A program made the translations under genes and the position numbers. Below, piece by piece: positions 32,288-46,129 of a stretch of 64,000 nt of DNA (its first letter is position 1; every line of letters starts with the position of its first letter). A model generated the notes under the pieces. That model was not told the DNA's origin and ran no database searches. It saw only the letters and a list, made by a program, of their open reading frames with translations. The DNA lies in the NCBI RefSeq assembly GCF_006345805.1, contig NC_043005.1, positions 682,001 to 746,000 on the forward strand, in the 5' to 3' direction. The stretch comes from Octopus sinensis (taxonomy: Eukaryota).

Positions 32288-34610
32288 GTATATATTTGTA
32301 TTTCTGTCTGTGTGTTTGTCCCCCACCTTCACTTCAGAACCGGTGTTGGTGTTTCTACTTCCCCGTAAATTAGCGGTTCGGCTAAACAGATCGAGAGAAT
32401 AAGATCTAGGCCTACAGAGAATAAGTTCTGGGGTCTATTTCTTCGTCTAAAAGCAGTGCTCCTGCATGGCCGAAGTCCGTGATTGTAATAACTGAAACAC
32501 ATAAAAGATTACACACACACACACACACAATGGCGTCATTGTTACTGAAATCTTTATATTGATAAATCTAAAGATCTCGTTGCATTTGCAAACAGTATAG
32601 CTTTCACTAATCAGGAATCTTTATATTGATAAACAGGTAAGGAATGTGTGCATACACCCACCCACACACAATGGCTTCGTTGTTACGGGGATCTTTATAT
32701 TGATAAATCTAATGATCTCGTTGCATTAGCAAACAGTATAGCTTTCACTAATCAGGAAGGCTAAACTCTGGAGCTTGACGTTCTGATTGGACCAAGTGGT
32801 GTCCTGGTTGTGCATCAAGCATCAGGTTTAAATTTTATTCATGCTTTATTATTTTTGTTTGTTTGTTACTTTGGTCTACGTGTTTTTCAAATCTGGGCTT
32901 CGTTTCCGGCCTAGGGTTATACAATTTCAGCATATTTTCTTTATGAAACTCTACTGCTTTTATTCGTTCCTTTTTTTTTTTCTCTTTCGTTTTGCTCTCT
33001 TCTGTTTTCTATTTTTTATTTTTAAGTCTCTTATTCTCTTTGTTTTTGTTTTGTTTTTAACCTCACACACACTTAATCGGTTGAATGGCACTTCTCACAG
33101 CATCTTCCGTTTCACTTTCCGTACCAACTTTCATTCCTGCAATTTATACTATTTCCAGATTAACGTTCTGCTAGAAAACAAAGACGAATTCTCAGAAATT
33201 CATTGTCTTCAGCTCCCTATCTTCTCAGATTCTCACACATAAACTGCACTGAACTTTATATATTTTTCATTGGCTTTCGTAATTTTATTCACAGTTCTTA
33301 TTCACATGAAACCTCTTATGATTCTACCAATAAATATTTATGAAAACCCCTTTTTCGTAACGGATGGTTGCGGTCAGCTAAATGTCGTAATCTCTCCGTT
33401 TTGTAATCATATAGAAGAGATTCAATTCAAGGGAGACATGTTTTAGTTTCAAATATTTTTGACTTGCAAATTGTTTCATGGAATCCCTTCTCGATGACGC
33501 GTACCCTAAAACGCATGGATTAAATCAACTCTTCCGTCTTCTTCACTAAGCCTTTCACATAACTGAATCTTTCTTGGTGGAATTTGAATATTTAAACTGA
33601 ATATAGGACTAGATATTCATATGAGACGCTTGATAGCTTTCCTCTTTGTAGACAGCGTTGTATAATTAAGGAGCGCAGAATAACTCGGGCAATACTCCAT
33701 TCCGTGTGTCCTCCTCTCGTAATAGAAGCGTCGGGTGGCTGTCATGATACACGGATAGTCTTGGACATTCAAACCATGCTGGTTCTTGTGTTTCACGAGC
33801 TCTGACAGAAACAGAATCCTTGCAGTGAGGAAGAAAAGGAGGCAGAGAGATGAGAATCGGCACAAAGAAGGGAATTAGTAATTTATCGATAATGAAACAG
33901 CGAAAGGCATAAGTGGCCTGAGAGATGAGATTCGGACAAGAATGTAGAGAAAAGGAAAGACTACACAAGAAATTCTGTTGCATGCCAATCCGATGCCAAT
34001 GTTTGCTAATAGTAATGGTGCAATGGAACATAACATATATTGGAGTGTTACTAGCATAGCTGGCGTAGGGCGGTAGGTGTGGTCCGCCAGGGCCGCACTG
34101 TTAAAGGGGTCTGGATGCGGCAAACGTAGGGGTCACCCCGGGCGGCACACATTCTAGCTCCGTTAGTGAGCACGGTGTATACATTTCTTTTATATAATCG
34201 TAATGGAAGCACTTGAGTGGAGAAAGTAATCCGTGCTCCGTGTGGCAGAACTGATCCAAATAAAGCGGTAATTACGAAAGGTCTGTATTTCTAGGAACAA
34301 TGGAGGCAGTTCTGAGGAAATGGCTCCGAAATATCGTTTGCCGTGTGTTAGGAGAAACTGTTGGAAAGTTTCGACTCACTCGCATAGGAAAGAATTTATG
34401 TGAGAGAAGCGCAACTATTTGTATAGACATAAAAATCAATAATAATTTATAAGCTAGGCAAAGAATGCCTACAGAAATAAACACACATGGGGAGCGCCCT
34501 GTATTGAGCCTCTTTATGTTGAAGCATCTGCAGACGTATGACAAGCGGTGAAACATCATTTCACTATGGCAATATGAAATGGAAATATTTTTCGACTTCC
34601 TACACACTCA

Positions 34611-37180
34611 GTAATAAGACTCATGCTCTCAGGAAGGACTCATTGCAAACAAACACAGGTGGAGTCACCTGCTCTACCTCACCAATGCCCTAGACATGGA
34701 ACAAGTTGTACTCAGACCAACGAGGGAAAATAACATTTTGGATCTCTGCTTCACAAACAATATAGACATTATTCATGATGTGAAAGTAACGCCGACATTA
34801 GTCTCGGATCACAACATAATAGAGCTTTCTATGTTTGGGCCGAAAGAAGCCAGAGGCATACAGCCAAAAGGAAGCACCCGAAATCTCTCCAATCGGAACT
34901 TCCACAAAGTAGACTGGAAACCGATCCAAAAAGAGATCCGCAGACAACTGTCCGAAATGTCTCTCGGCACCAGACGTTGGCATGAAACTAGAATATTTCA
35001 TGTCTGTTATGCAAGCCATATGCCAGAAATATGTTCCAGAGCACAAGGTCGCAACAAATAGGAACAAGATTCCAAAGGAGAGCAAGATTCTCATGATATG
35101 ACGGACGAAGGTTGCAAATCGCCTCAACCAACATGCCAAAAGTAGAGAAAGATCCCGCCTAAAAACAACACTGATATAGATTGGAAAAAGCTTGAAACAA
35201 TTTTATGACAGGGACAGAGCAGACAAAGAAGCCTGGGTTAGTAAAAACATTAAGTCAAATCCAAACGCCTTCTTTCATTACGCCACAGAAACAGCATCAT
35301 TACACCGCAAGATAGGATCCCTCTTCCAAAAGGATGGCACCCTCACAGAAAGCCCAACCAGGATCAGTGAGGTACTGAATGACCAGTTCAAAACTGTCTT
35401 TATCACTCCGTTGGGACACAGACAAATGAATTAACCGGTGGACTTTTTTTGCCGCCTCACCTATAACCAGCGAGGCAATTACGATGGAATACATCGACAT
35501 TAGCGAAGAAGATTTACTAACCATAGATGAAGTGGACGCAAACTCAATTGATTGTCCTGATGGTTTACCAGAAATCCTCCTCAAATCGTGTAAGTATACC
35601 CTGGTAAAACCCCTCCAGATTTTCTTCCAGAGCTTTCTTGCAAATGGCAGACTGCCAAGCAAGCTGAAGGAGGTAATAATATGCCCAGTCAACAAAGGAA
35701 GCAGAGCAGATGCCAAAAACTATAGGCATATCTCTCTGACTTCACACATCAGCAAAGTCATGGAACGGATCGTCAGAGGGAAACCAATTGCATACCTTGA
35801 AGAAAATAATTTGTTGAGTGATACCCAGCATGACTTTCGAACAGGTAGGAGCTGCCCGACCCAGCTCTTACAACATTATGACTTGGTGTTAAGGCAGTTA
35901 CTCAACAAACTCAAATGTGGACGTAACATACCTTGATTTCGCAAAAGCTGTTGATTAGGGTATGATATGCCACAAACTGCGATTTCTCGGCGTAGCTGGA
36001 AAACTTGTAGAGTGGTTACATGACTTTCTGAAAGATAGAAGTCAGGCAGTAGTGGCCAATAGCGCCTCCTCAACGAAAACACAAATAGTGAGCGGTGTTC
36101 CACAGGACACTCTCTTGGAACTACGGTTTTTCATAGTGGCCCTATTAGATATGCCCTCAACTGTCCGGATAGCTACCCTTGCAAGGTACGCAGACGATAC
36201 GAAAGTCTCGAAATAAATACAGAAGCCCAGCAATGTTGCACACCTGCAGCAGGAGATGACCTCAATTTACAGATGGGCTGAGGATAATAATATGCAGTTA
36301 AATGCTGAAAAATTCCAAGCCCTGCGCGACCAGCGTCCAAAACTCAATATGAAACTTACAGGGTACACTGGTCAACAGGGAATTTTAATCCCAGAGCCTA
36401 AGTCAATGAAGGACCTGGGTATCGACATGTGTGATGATATCGCTTTTCAAGTGCACATTACCAGGATGGTGACAAAGTGCAGACGACTGACTCGATGGAT
36501 CCTGAGAATATTCAGAACGAGCGAGAAGCAAACCATGATGGTCCTCTGGAGGACATTCTTCTCCAGCCGCCTTGATTCCTGCTTCCAGCTATGGTCACCC
36601 AACAGTGTAAAATTAACAGCGGACCTTGAAGTAATCCAGCGAAGCTTCACAAAGAAGATCGTCTCATTGCAACAGCTCAGCTAATTGGAAAGGTTGCAAC
36701 AGCTAAGACTCTACTCCCTGAAGCGAAGGCGGGAGAGGTATGCAGTAATATATACATCTGGAAGATCCTGGAAGGAATTGTGCCAAATTTTGGCATTGGA
36801 AGCTACATCAATGCAAGGAACGGGTTCGACACTGCACACTGCCAAATATCCCAGCAATGCCATCGGGCTTCAGAACCAGTTACTGCAACAACCTGTGTTT
36901 CGGGGGCCCACATCTTGTTTAATATTCTCCCAAAGAACCTGAGGAATCTGCACAAAGTAGATGTAGGCGTTTTTCAATCAAAGCTGGACGTCTTCCTGTC
37001 GAGAGTCCCAATGAATGTACCTCAAGGCAAGAGGTGCAAATAAGGGTAGCTATATCAAACTTCATTCTAAACCAAGTGGCATATATTAGAGGAGGATCTC
37101 AGCAATCAGTGTAGCAAAACAGCGGTGCTCCAACACGGCCACAGCAATGAGCTGAAATTATAAAAATGTATGTACATATT

Positions 37181-37182
<2 letters not shown>
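34611..37182 (+). pseudogene. CR1-alpha copy
   Basis: ORF fragments 34696-35061, 35484-35936, 35962-36216 and 36256-36684. Confidence 0.9.
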
Positions 37183-37255
<73 letters not shown>

Positions 37256-37280
37256 ATATATATATATATATTATATATAT

Positions 37281-38903
37281 AATTATATTAGGGAATAAAT
37301 CCAACTTACAGGGAAAGAATGAGATTTAGGATTAAATCCAATTTTATAGTACAAATATATTATATTATATTATATTAGATTAGAGATAAAACCACTGTTA
37401 GGCAAATCAAACAGTGAAAACATAAGCCAATACATAAAATTAATTTAAAACTATAAAAGTAAAAAAAAAAAATTATTTAACTAATTTAAACTTTAAATTT
37501 AAATTTTATTTATATACAAATATATGTATATATATGTATGTATGTATGTATATTTTTATATTTGTATATTATTTTATTAATTAATTTATTTATTTATTTA
37601 TTATTTATTTATTTTTATATATCAAAAGTATTAAAAGTTTATTAAAAGATAAAGAGTAAAACACTACGATCGTTTCATGGCTGTACCAATTAGAATAACA
37701 ATAATTTAAATTCAATTAATTATTCGAATTATGGTTACAGTCAATCTTCAGGTTAATTGAAATATTTTAATTATAATCAGAAATATTTAAACAATATTTT
37801 TAAGATAAAAATAATATAATAATTTTACTTATAATAAACTCTATTATTAAACTAGAAACTTAAAACTTAACAATTATGATTATATCAAAATCAATTATAA
37901 TGTTAAATATTAATTTTAATTTATAAGGTAGGAAAACCACCTATAATTTATTATCGGTAATAGTCTATATCTAATTACATAAATAGTTTTAAAAAATAAC
38001 TATTATATATAAATTATCAATGAAAATATATGAATGTATATAAATATTATAATTAAGATCTAAAATAATCTCTTGTTATTTATGTTCAAATGAGTTTAAG
38101 GAAATTTTATTTTATAAGCATGATAATTTAGTGAATAGCTGGGATGAGCGCAAAATAAAATGCAGACACAAGTTACTTTACTTATATAATAAATTTCTTG
38201 ATAAATAATCAATATTTATTAGCCTTAATTAGCTCCTTATTTGTTGATTTATGTAATAGTATTCTAAATATAGCAGGTGATTTGTAGTACTAATTGTATT
38301 AGTTTATTTTAGTTATTTAGGTTCCGCTTTTAATTATAGTTAGCTTATATATAATTGTTTATTTTATTACTATAGATTTTATTACTAAATATATTTTTAA
38401 ATAAGTATTTAATGGTTTATTGAATATAGAGTTTGGTAAGTTACAATTTTATTTATCTTTTAATAAAGTTAAGTTTATATATTTTGTTATATTTGTGTTA
38501 TAAATTGTTGTATAATCTGTATGTATTTTTATATTGAAATATATTTATTAGTTGTTTTTTTAATCTATTTTAGTTAATATAGAAGTATAGATTAGTAAGA
38601 TTAAATGTTTAGATTAAACTTAACGTTTACCTCTATTTTTGTATTGTAGTATGAATATAGACATTTATATACGTACTTATTATATGATATATGTGTTCGG
38701 GTGTGTATGTATATACATTTATTTATGTGTGTGTGGGTGAGTGTATATAGGTGTATGTGTATATATTGAGTATTGTATGTATGTACACGTATGTATGTGT
38801 GTGCATATGTGTATGTGTGTATGTACGTGTATATATGTGCGTATATATGTATATGTATGTATGTATGTGTATATATATATGTATATATGTATGTATATAT
38901 ATG

Positions 38904-38966
<63 letters not shown>

Positions 38967-40710
38967 ATATTTATGTATATATGTATACATATGTATAGTT
39001 ATACTGCAAATTTTGATAAGGATTTTAGATATTTTGGTTATGATCACTAATTTTAGCTTATAATTATAAGAGCATGGGGAAATACTTTATAGTACGATGG
39101 GGGTTACTATAGAAATATTTTTTTTTTATATATTTATTAATAAATAAGATTTTTAGAATATATTAATAATTAGTGGTTTTTAATATTGAATTATTTAATT
39201 TATTTTGTATTAAGTATTATTATCATAGTTATTTTATTATAAATCTTATAGATAGAGTGATTTATTCTTTATTTGTGACTTCATTCATTTCACTGAAAAC
39301 CATTATCTTAATTGATAAAGCGTTTTTGTTCCTCACGCTTAATGAATTGTCAACAATTAATCTTCTTTTCTCTTTGCTAATAACGTAATTCCACGAGTAT
39401 TCTTATAAACGCTGTAAAAGACGTTTTCCGATTCAAATATTAGTTCATTACAAACCTCGCTAAGATAAGTATTTATTTATATTTAAGATCTTTAAATTGT
39501 AAATTTTATATTTATAAGTCTTTGTGTAATATTTTCCTTATGTAAATGTCGTTGTTTACGTAATGATCTAATTATCGTTAATTTCTATATTATAGATTTA
39601 AATTGTCAGTTTTTTCGTAAAGATACTACTTAGCGATAGATTATGTTTGATAGCAAATATACGAAGTGTCTAAAGTTAGGCTTTTGTATATACATGTGTT
39701 AATTGTAGTTTTAAATTCTTATAATTAAAATTAGATAAACTTTGATAAACTTAGATATGTTTCGACTAAAGATTGGTCCACAGGCCATGTCTAACTTAAT
39801 AGCATAACTTAGTTATGTCTTTTAAAATTGATATTCGCTAGTTATTCCCATTGATAATTATATTTATAGTATTTATAGTATTTATTCGATACTACATAAC
39901 TACGATTGTTATTTCTATAAGTATTTATATAAGATTTCCGAAAGTTCGCTTAAGTTTGTTTGTTTGTATTTTGAAATTAGCTATTTCATCTTTGTAAATA
40001 TGAAAAAATTAATTTATTAGGTTTTTATATATGTGCATATATATTATTTATAGAATTATTTTAGATCTTAATTATAATATTTATATACATTTATATATTT
40101 CATTCATATTTTATATATATAGTTGTTTTTTTTAAACTATTTATGTAATTAGATATAGACATTACCGATATTTAAATTATAGGTGGTTTCCTACCTTATA
40201 AATTAAAATTTATTTAACATTATAATTGATTTTTATATAATCATAATTGTTAAGTTTTAAGTTTCTAGTTTATAATACTTTATATATGTAAAATTATTAT
40301 ATTATTTAATCTTTAAAAATATGTTTAAATATTTCTGATTATTTTAAAATATTTCAATTAACCTGAAGATGGCCTGTAACCATACTCGAATTATTAATTG
40401 AATTTAAATTATTGTTATTCGAATTGGGTACAGCCATGAAACGATCGTAGTGTTTAACTCTTTATCTTTCATTAAACTTTGAATACTTTTGCAATAAAAA
40501 AATTTAAAAAATAATAAAAATTAATTAATTAATTAATTAATAAAATAATATATAATATAAATAATACTTACATATGTAAAATTTATAAGTTTAAATTATT
40601 TAAATAATTTTTTATTTTAACTTTTTATATTTTTAAATTAATTTTATGTATTGGCTTATTTTCTTCACTGTTTGATTTGCCTAATAGTGGTTTTCTCTAA
40701 TTTAATATTA
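37281..40710. mobile_element. PLE-2 copy with hammerhead motifs at ~37659-37758 (-) and ~40355-40455 (+)
   Basis: Collinear with 15630-19162; CTGAAGA at 40363-40369. Confidence 0.75.
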
Positions 40711-40713
40711 TAT

Positions 40714-40755
<42 letters not shown>

Positions 40756-40782
40756 ATATATATTATATATATATATATATAT

Positions 40783-40822
<40 letters not shown>

Positions 40823-41120
40823 GCATATGTATATATAATATATCAATGTATACACAATATGTTTGTATGTATGTAGGTATGTATGTATGTATGTATGTAC
40901 GTAACGTATGTATGTATGTATGTATGTATGTATATGTATGTATGATGTATGTATGTATGTATGGTATCGGTGCAGGTATGGCTGCGTGGTAAGAAGATTT
41001 ATTCTAAAACTCGTGGTTGCGGTGTCAGTTCCACTACAAGAAAACCATGCGCAATATGTCATCTAAAATAACTTCAGGCGATCCAAAAACTGGGAATGGG
41101 TCTATTATGAGAAGCTCGTC

Positions 41121-41180
<60 letters not shown>

Positions 41181-41181
41181 T

Positions 41182-43779
41182 GGCCGGCGGGGGGGAGGTC
41201 TGTCTATCTGTCTCTGTTTATCTCCACCTCTCATCGATTGATAACTGAAGATGATGTGTTACATCCCTGTCACGTAGCGGTTTCGCCAAAAGAATCTGCT
41301 GGAATAAGAACTATGCTTACACAAGAATAAGTCTTGGCGTCGATTTGTTCGCCTATGTGCGGGTGCCTCAGCATGGCCGTAGTCAGTTACTGAGAAAAGT
41401 AAAAGAATAAAAGAATATATTCACACACACTCACCACCACACACACACACACACTCACACACACACACACAACACACACACACACAAACACATATATATA
41501 TAAATATATTGTATATAATTTGTATTCTGTCTGTGTGTTTGTCCCCCACCTTCACTTCAGAACCGGTGTTGGTGTTTCTACTTCCCCGTAAATTAGCGGT
41601 TCGGCTAAACAGATCGAGAGAATAAGATCTAGGCCTACAGAGAATAATTGGGGTCTTTCTTCGTCTAAAAGCAGTGCTCCTGCATGGCCGCAGTCCGTGA
41701 TTGTAATAACTGAAACACATAAAAGATTAACACACACAAACACACCACACACACACACAACACACACACACACACACACACACAATGGCGTCATTGTTAC
41801 TGAAATCTTTATATTGATAAACAGGTAAGGAATGTGTGCACACACCCACCCACATGCAATGGCTTCGTTGTTACGGAGATCTTTATATTGATAAATCTAA
41901 AGATCTCGTTGCATTTGCAAACAGTATAGCTTTCACTAAGAAGGAAGGCTAAACTCTGGAGCTTGACGTTCTGATTGGACCAAGTGGTGTCCTGGTTGTG
42001 CATCAAGCATCAGGTTTAAATTTTATTCATGCTTTATTATTTTTGTTTGTTTCTTACTTTGGTCTACGTGTTTTTCAAATCTGGGCTTCGTTTCCGGCCT
42101 AGGGTTATACAATTTCTGCATATTTTTCTTTATGTGAAACTCTACTGCTTTTATTCGTTCCTTTTTTTTCTTTCTGTTTTGCTCTCTTCTGTTTTCTATT
42201 TTTTCTTTTAATTCTTATCTCTATTCTTTGTTTTTTTTTTTGTTTTTTTGTTTTTACCTGACACACACTTAATCGGTTGAATGGAACTTCTCACAGCATC
42301 TTCCGTTTCACTTTCCGTACCAACTTTCATTCCTGCAATTTATACTATTTCCAGATTAACGTTCTGCTAGTAAAACAAAGACGAATTCTCAGAAATTCAT
42401 TGTCTTCAGCTCCCTATCTTCTCAGATTCTCACACATAAACTGCACTGAACTTTATATATTTTCATTGGCTTTCGTAATTTTATTCACAGTTCTTATTCA
42501 CATGAAACCTCTTATGATTCTACCAATAAATATTTATGAAAACCCCTTTTTCGTAACGGATGGTTCGGTCAGCTAAATGTCGTAATCTCTCCGTTTTGTA
42601 ATCATATAGAAGAGATTCAATTCAAGGGAGACATGTTTTAGTTTCAAATATTTTTGACTTGCAAATTGTTGCATGGAATCCTTCTCGATGACGCGTACCT
42701 AAAACGCATGGATTAAATCAACTCTTCCGTCTTCTTCACTAAGCCTTTCACATAACTAAATCTTTCTTGGTGGAATTTGAATATTTAAACGAATATAGGA
42801 CTAGATATTCATATGAGACGCTTGATAGCTTTCCTCTTGTAGACAGCGTTGTATAATTAAGGAGCGCAGAATAACTCGGGCAATACTCCATTCCGTGTGT
42901 CCTCCTCTCGTAATAGAAGCGTCGGGTGGCTGTCATGATACACGGATAGTCTTGGACATTCAAACCATGCTGGTTCTTGTGTTCACGAGCTCTGACAGAA
43001 ACAGAATCCTTGCAGTGAGGAAGAAAAGGAGGCAGAGAGATGAGAATCGGCACAAAGAAGGGAATTAGTAATTTATCGATAATGAAACAGCGAAAGGCAT
43101 AAGTGGCCTGAGAGATGAGATTCGGACAAGAATGTAGAGAAAAGGAAAGACTACACAAGAAATTCTGTTGCATGCCAATCCGATGCCAATGTTTGCTAAT
43201 AGTAATGGTGCAATGGAACATAACATATATTGGAGTGTCACTAGCGTAGCTGGCGTAGGGCGGTAGGTGTGGTCCGCCAGGGCGGCACTTTTAAAGGGGA
43301 GCCACCCCGGGCGGCACACATTCTTGCTCCGTTAGTGAGCACATTGTATACATTTCTTTTATATAATAGTAATGGAAGCACTTGAGTGGAGAAAGTATCC
43401 CGTGCTCCGTGTGGCAGAATTGATCCAAATAAAGCGGTAATTACGAAAGGTCTGTATTTCTAGGAACAATGGAGGCAGTTCTGAGGAAATGGCTCCGAAA
43501 TATCGTTTGCCGTGTGTTTGGAGAAACTGTTGGAAAGTTTCGACTCACTCGAATAGGAAAGAATTTATGTGAGAGAAGCGCAACTATTTGTATAGACCTA
43601 AAAATCAATAATAATTTATAAGCTAGGCAAAGAATGCCTTCAGAAATAATCACACATGGGGAGCGCCCTGTATTGAGCCTCTTTATGTCGAAGCATCTGC
43701 AGACGTATGACAAGTGGTGAAACCTCATTTCACTATGGCAATATGAAATGGAAATATTCATCGACTTCCTACACACTCA
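41182..43779 (+). repeat. Partial unit copy ending where CR1-alpha begins in the other copies
   Basis: Identity stops at ...CTACACACTCA (43779). Confidence 0.85.
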
Positions 43780-43991
43780 CTCTATCAATGATTGCTTCAA
43801 GAAGAACCAAACTGAAGGTCGTTGTTGGAATGAACAAGACTTCTTCTCGTTGTTGACTGTGGAAGAGTTCCTTCAGTACACACATGCACACACACAAACA
43901 TTCGCTCACACCAGACACACACTCAAACACGCACGCACAAACACACATGCACCCACGCACATGAATATAGACTACTGCATGTGTGTGTGTT

Positions 43992-44028
<37 letters not shown>

Positions 44029-44321
44029 TTGTTTGTTTAGAAACTTGAGCAAACAAAGGTTTGATTTTTATACGCGCTGAAATGTGTATGAAGTTACAGA
44101 TAAGATGATAATTTATTGTCGAACTCAGAGATGCCGTTTGAGCAGCAGGAATCCTTAGTAAAGTACCCTCAAAGAAGCGAAAAAAATGTTTCGGCCACCA
44201 TATTGGTTAACAAAGTTCTCCAGAACAGGTGTGAGACAGATTTTCCACATTTTAAAGGTAGTTTACCCAAGTTTCAGAGTGTTCCAACGGCGTCTTTCCG
44301 TTGGAAAATAATTATCAACTC

Positions 44322-44700
<379 letters not shown>

Positions 44701-45696
44701 ATCTCTGGATATATATACGTATATATTTTTATTGTATATATTACACAAAATAAAATAACTTGCTTATTCGTAAGGGTTTTGTGGTGTGAACGAAAATTTG
44801 AGAATTTATTGGCAGTATTTGTGGATAGATGGGTGGGGAAGTGTGTATGATTAGAATGAGGAGATAGATCAAAATGAAAACGTGAAGAGAAAATGAGAGG
44901 AAGAAAGAGAGAAATAAAGAAAACGAACATCAAAAAAAATAATAAAATACGATAAAAGAAAAAGAGAAAAGAGAGACAGGAAAAGAAAAAAGTGAAAAAC
45001 AGTGAAGAAAGGGTGAAAGAAATGAGAAAAGGAGTCATAGCTGGTGGTCAAAATAATGCGAGGGGAGGATGGCGGAAGAGTGTGGGAGGGGGAGTGGAAG
45101 AGATGAGAAGGTAAGAGTGAATAAGTGTAAGATATGTGAGTAGGGGTGATATCATAGGGCTGCATTAAGGGATGGGTAGAGAAGAGGTATGGGTTGGGTA
45201 ATACCAAAGTGATTGGCAGTTTTATTAGAAAAATTTAAAGTGGAGGGAAGAACACAAGGATTTCAAATTTCTATAAATAGACATATGTGATAAGTTAGTT
45301 TGATAGGTAGGAATTAGATAGGAGGAAAGAAGGTATAATGACAAACTCATCGTAAAGTAAATACCACCATGACCGATATCCAAACTACAGAGGAAAAGGC
45401 CAGCCAATGGATTTGGTTAAAAGGAGACGATGAGCGATGGCTAGAGAAATATTGAGCTGTATTTAATAACCAGATGATCTAGCAAGTGGGGCCTCGTATC
45501 AGTGAGGCGGGGCCGGTGCGCATTGATGCCATCGAGAGGTAGGCTCCGAAACGGCGCGCATTCTCTCCTGATGACCCCATACACTTGCTGGCTTCCGGTA
45601 TGCGGAGTTCTCGACTGGTAGCACTTGCGTGTGCAAGTTGTTTGCAAAACATCAACGTGCGCGCGCACAACACATACACATATATGTGCACATACG

Positions 45697-45730
<34 letters not shown>

Positions 45731-46129
45731 CGCATATATACATACGCATATACATGCTCGTGCATATATATTCATGCATGCTCACATGCATCTGTAAATG
45801 TATTCATACACACATGTGTTCGTATACATACATACACAGATACATGCGTATGCACATACATACGCGCAGGTGCACTCGCGCTTAAACACAGTCACACGCA
45901 CGGACGCATACAGGTGCTTACGTATACATATATACACATACACACACTTACTCATATATATTTATATATACATATGTACGTATATACATACACACACACA
46001 TATATATGTATACATACATATACCCACATACATGTACATACACAGATTTACATCTACACACAATTACACACACACACACATGTATCCGCTTGCCTGTCCA
46101 TATATGTAGTAAAAAATGATTGAGTTCCT

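Noticed and set aside
39400-43400. Many 1-bp indels in this unit copy as biological hypermutation
   Set aside because: They are mostly homopolymer-length changes typical of poorly polished long-read consensus, so they are treated as probable errors.
44180-44260. Minus-strand CTGGAGA...GGCCGAAAC hammerhead-like string
   Set aside because: The core deviates at A6 and the stems cannot be formed.
45520-45600. GAAAC...CTGATGA as a permuted hammerhead
   Set aside because: No stem II or stem III pairing and no correctly placed UH site.
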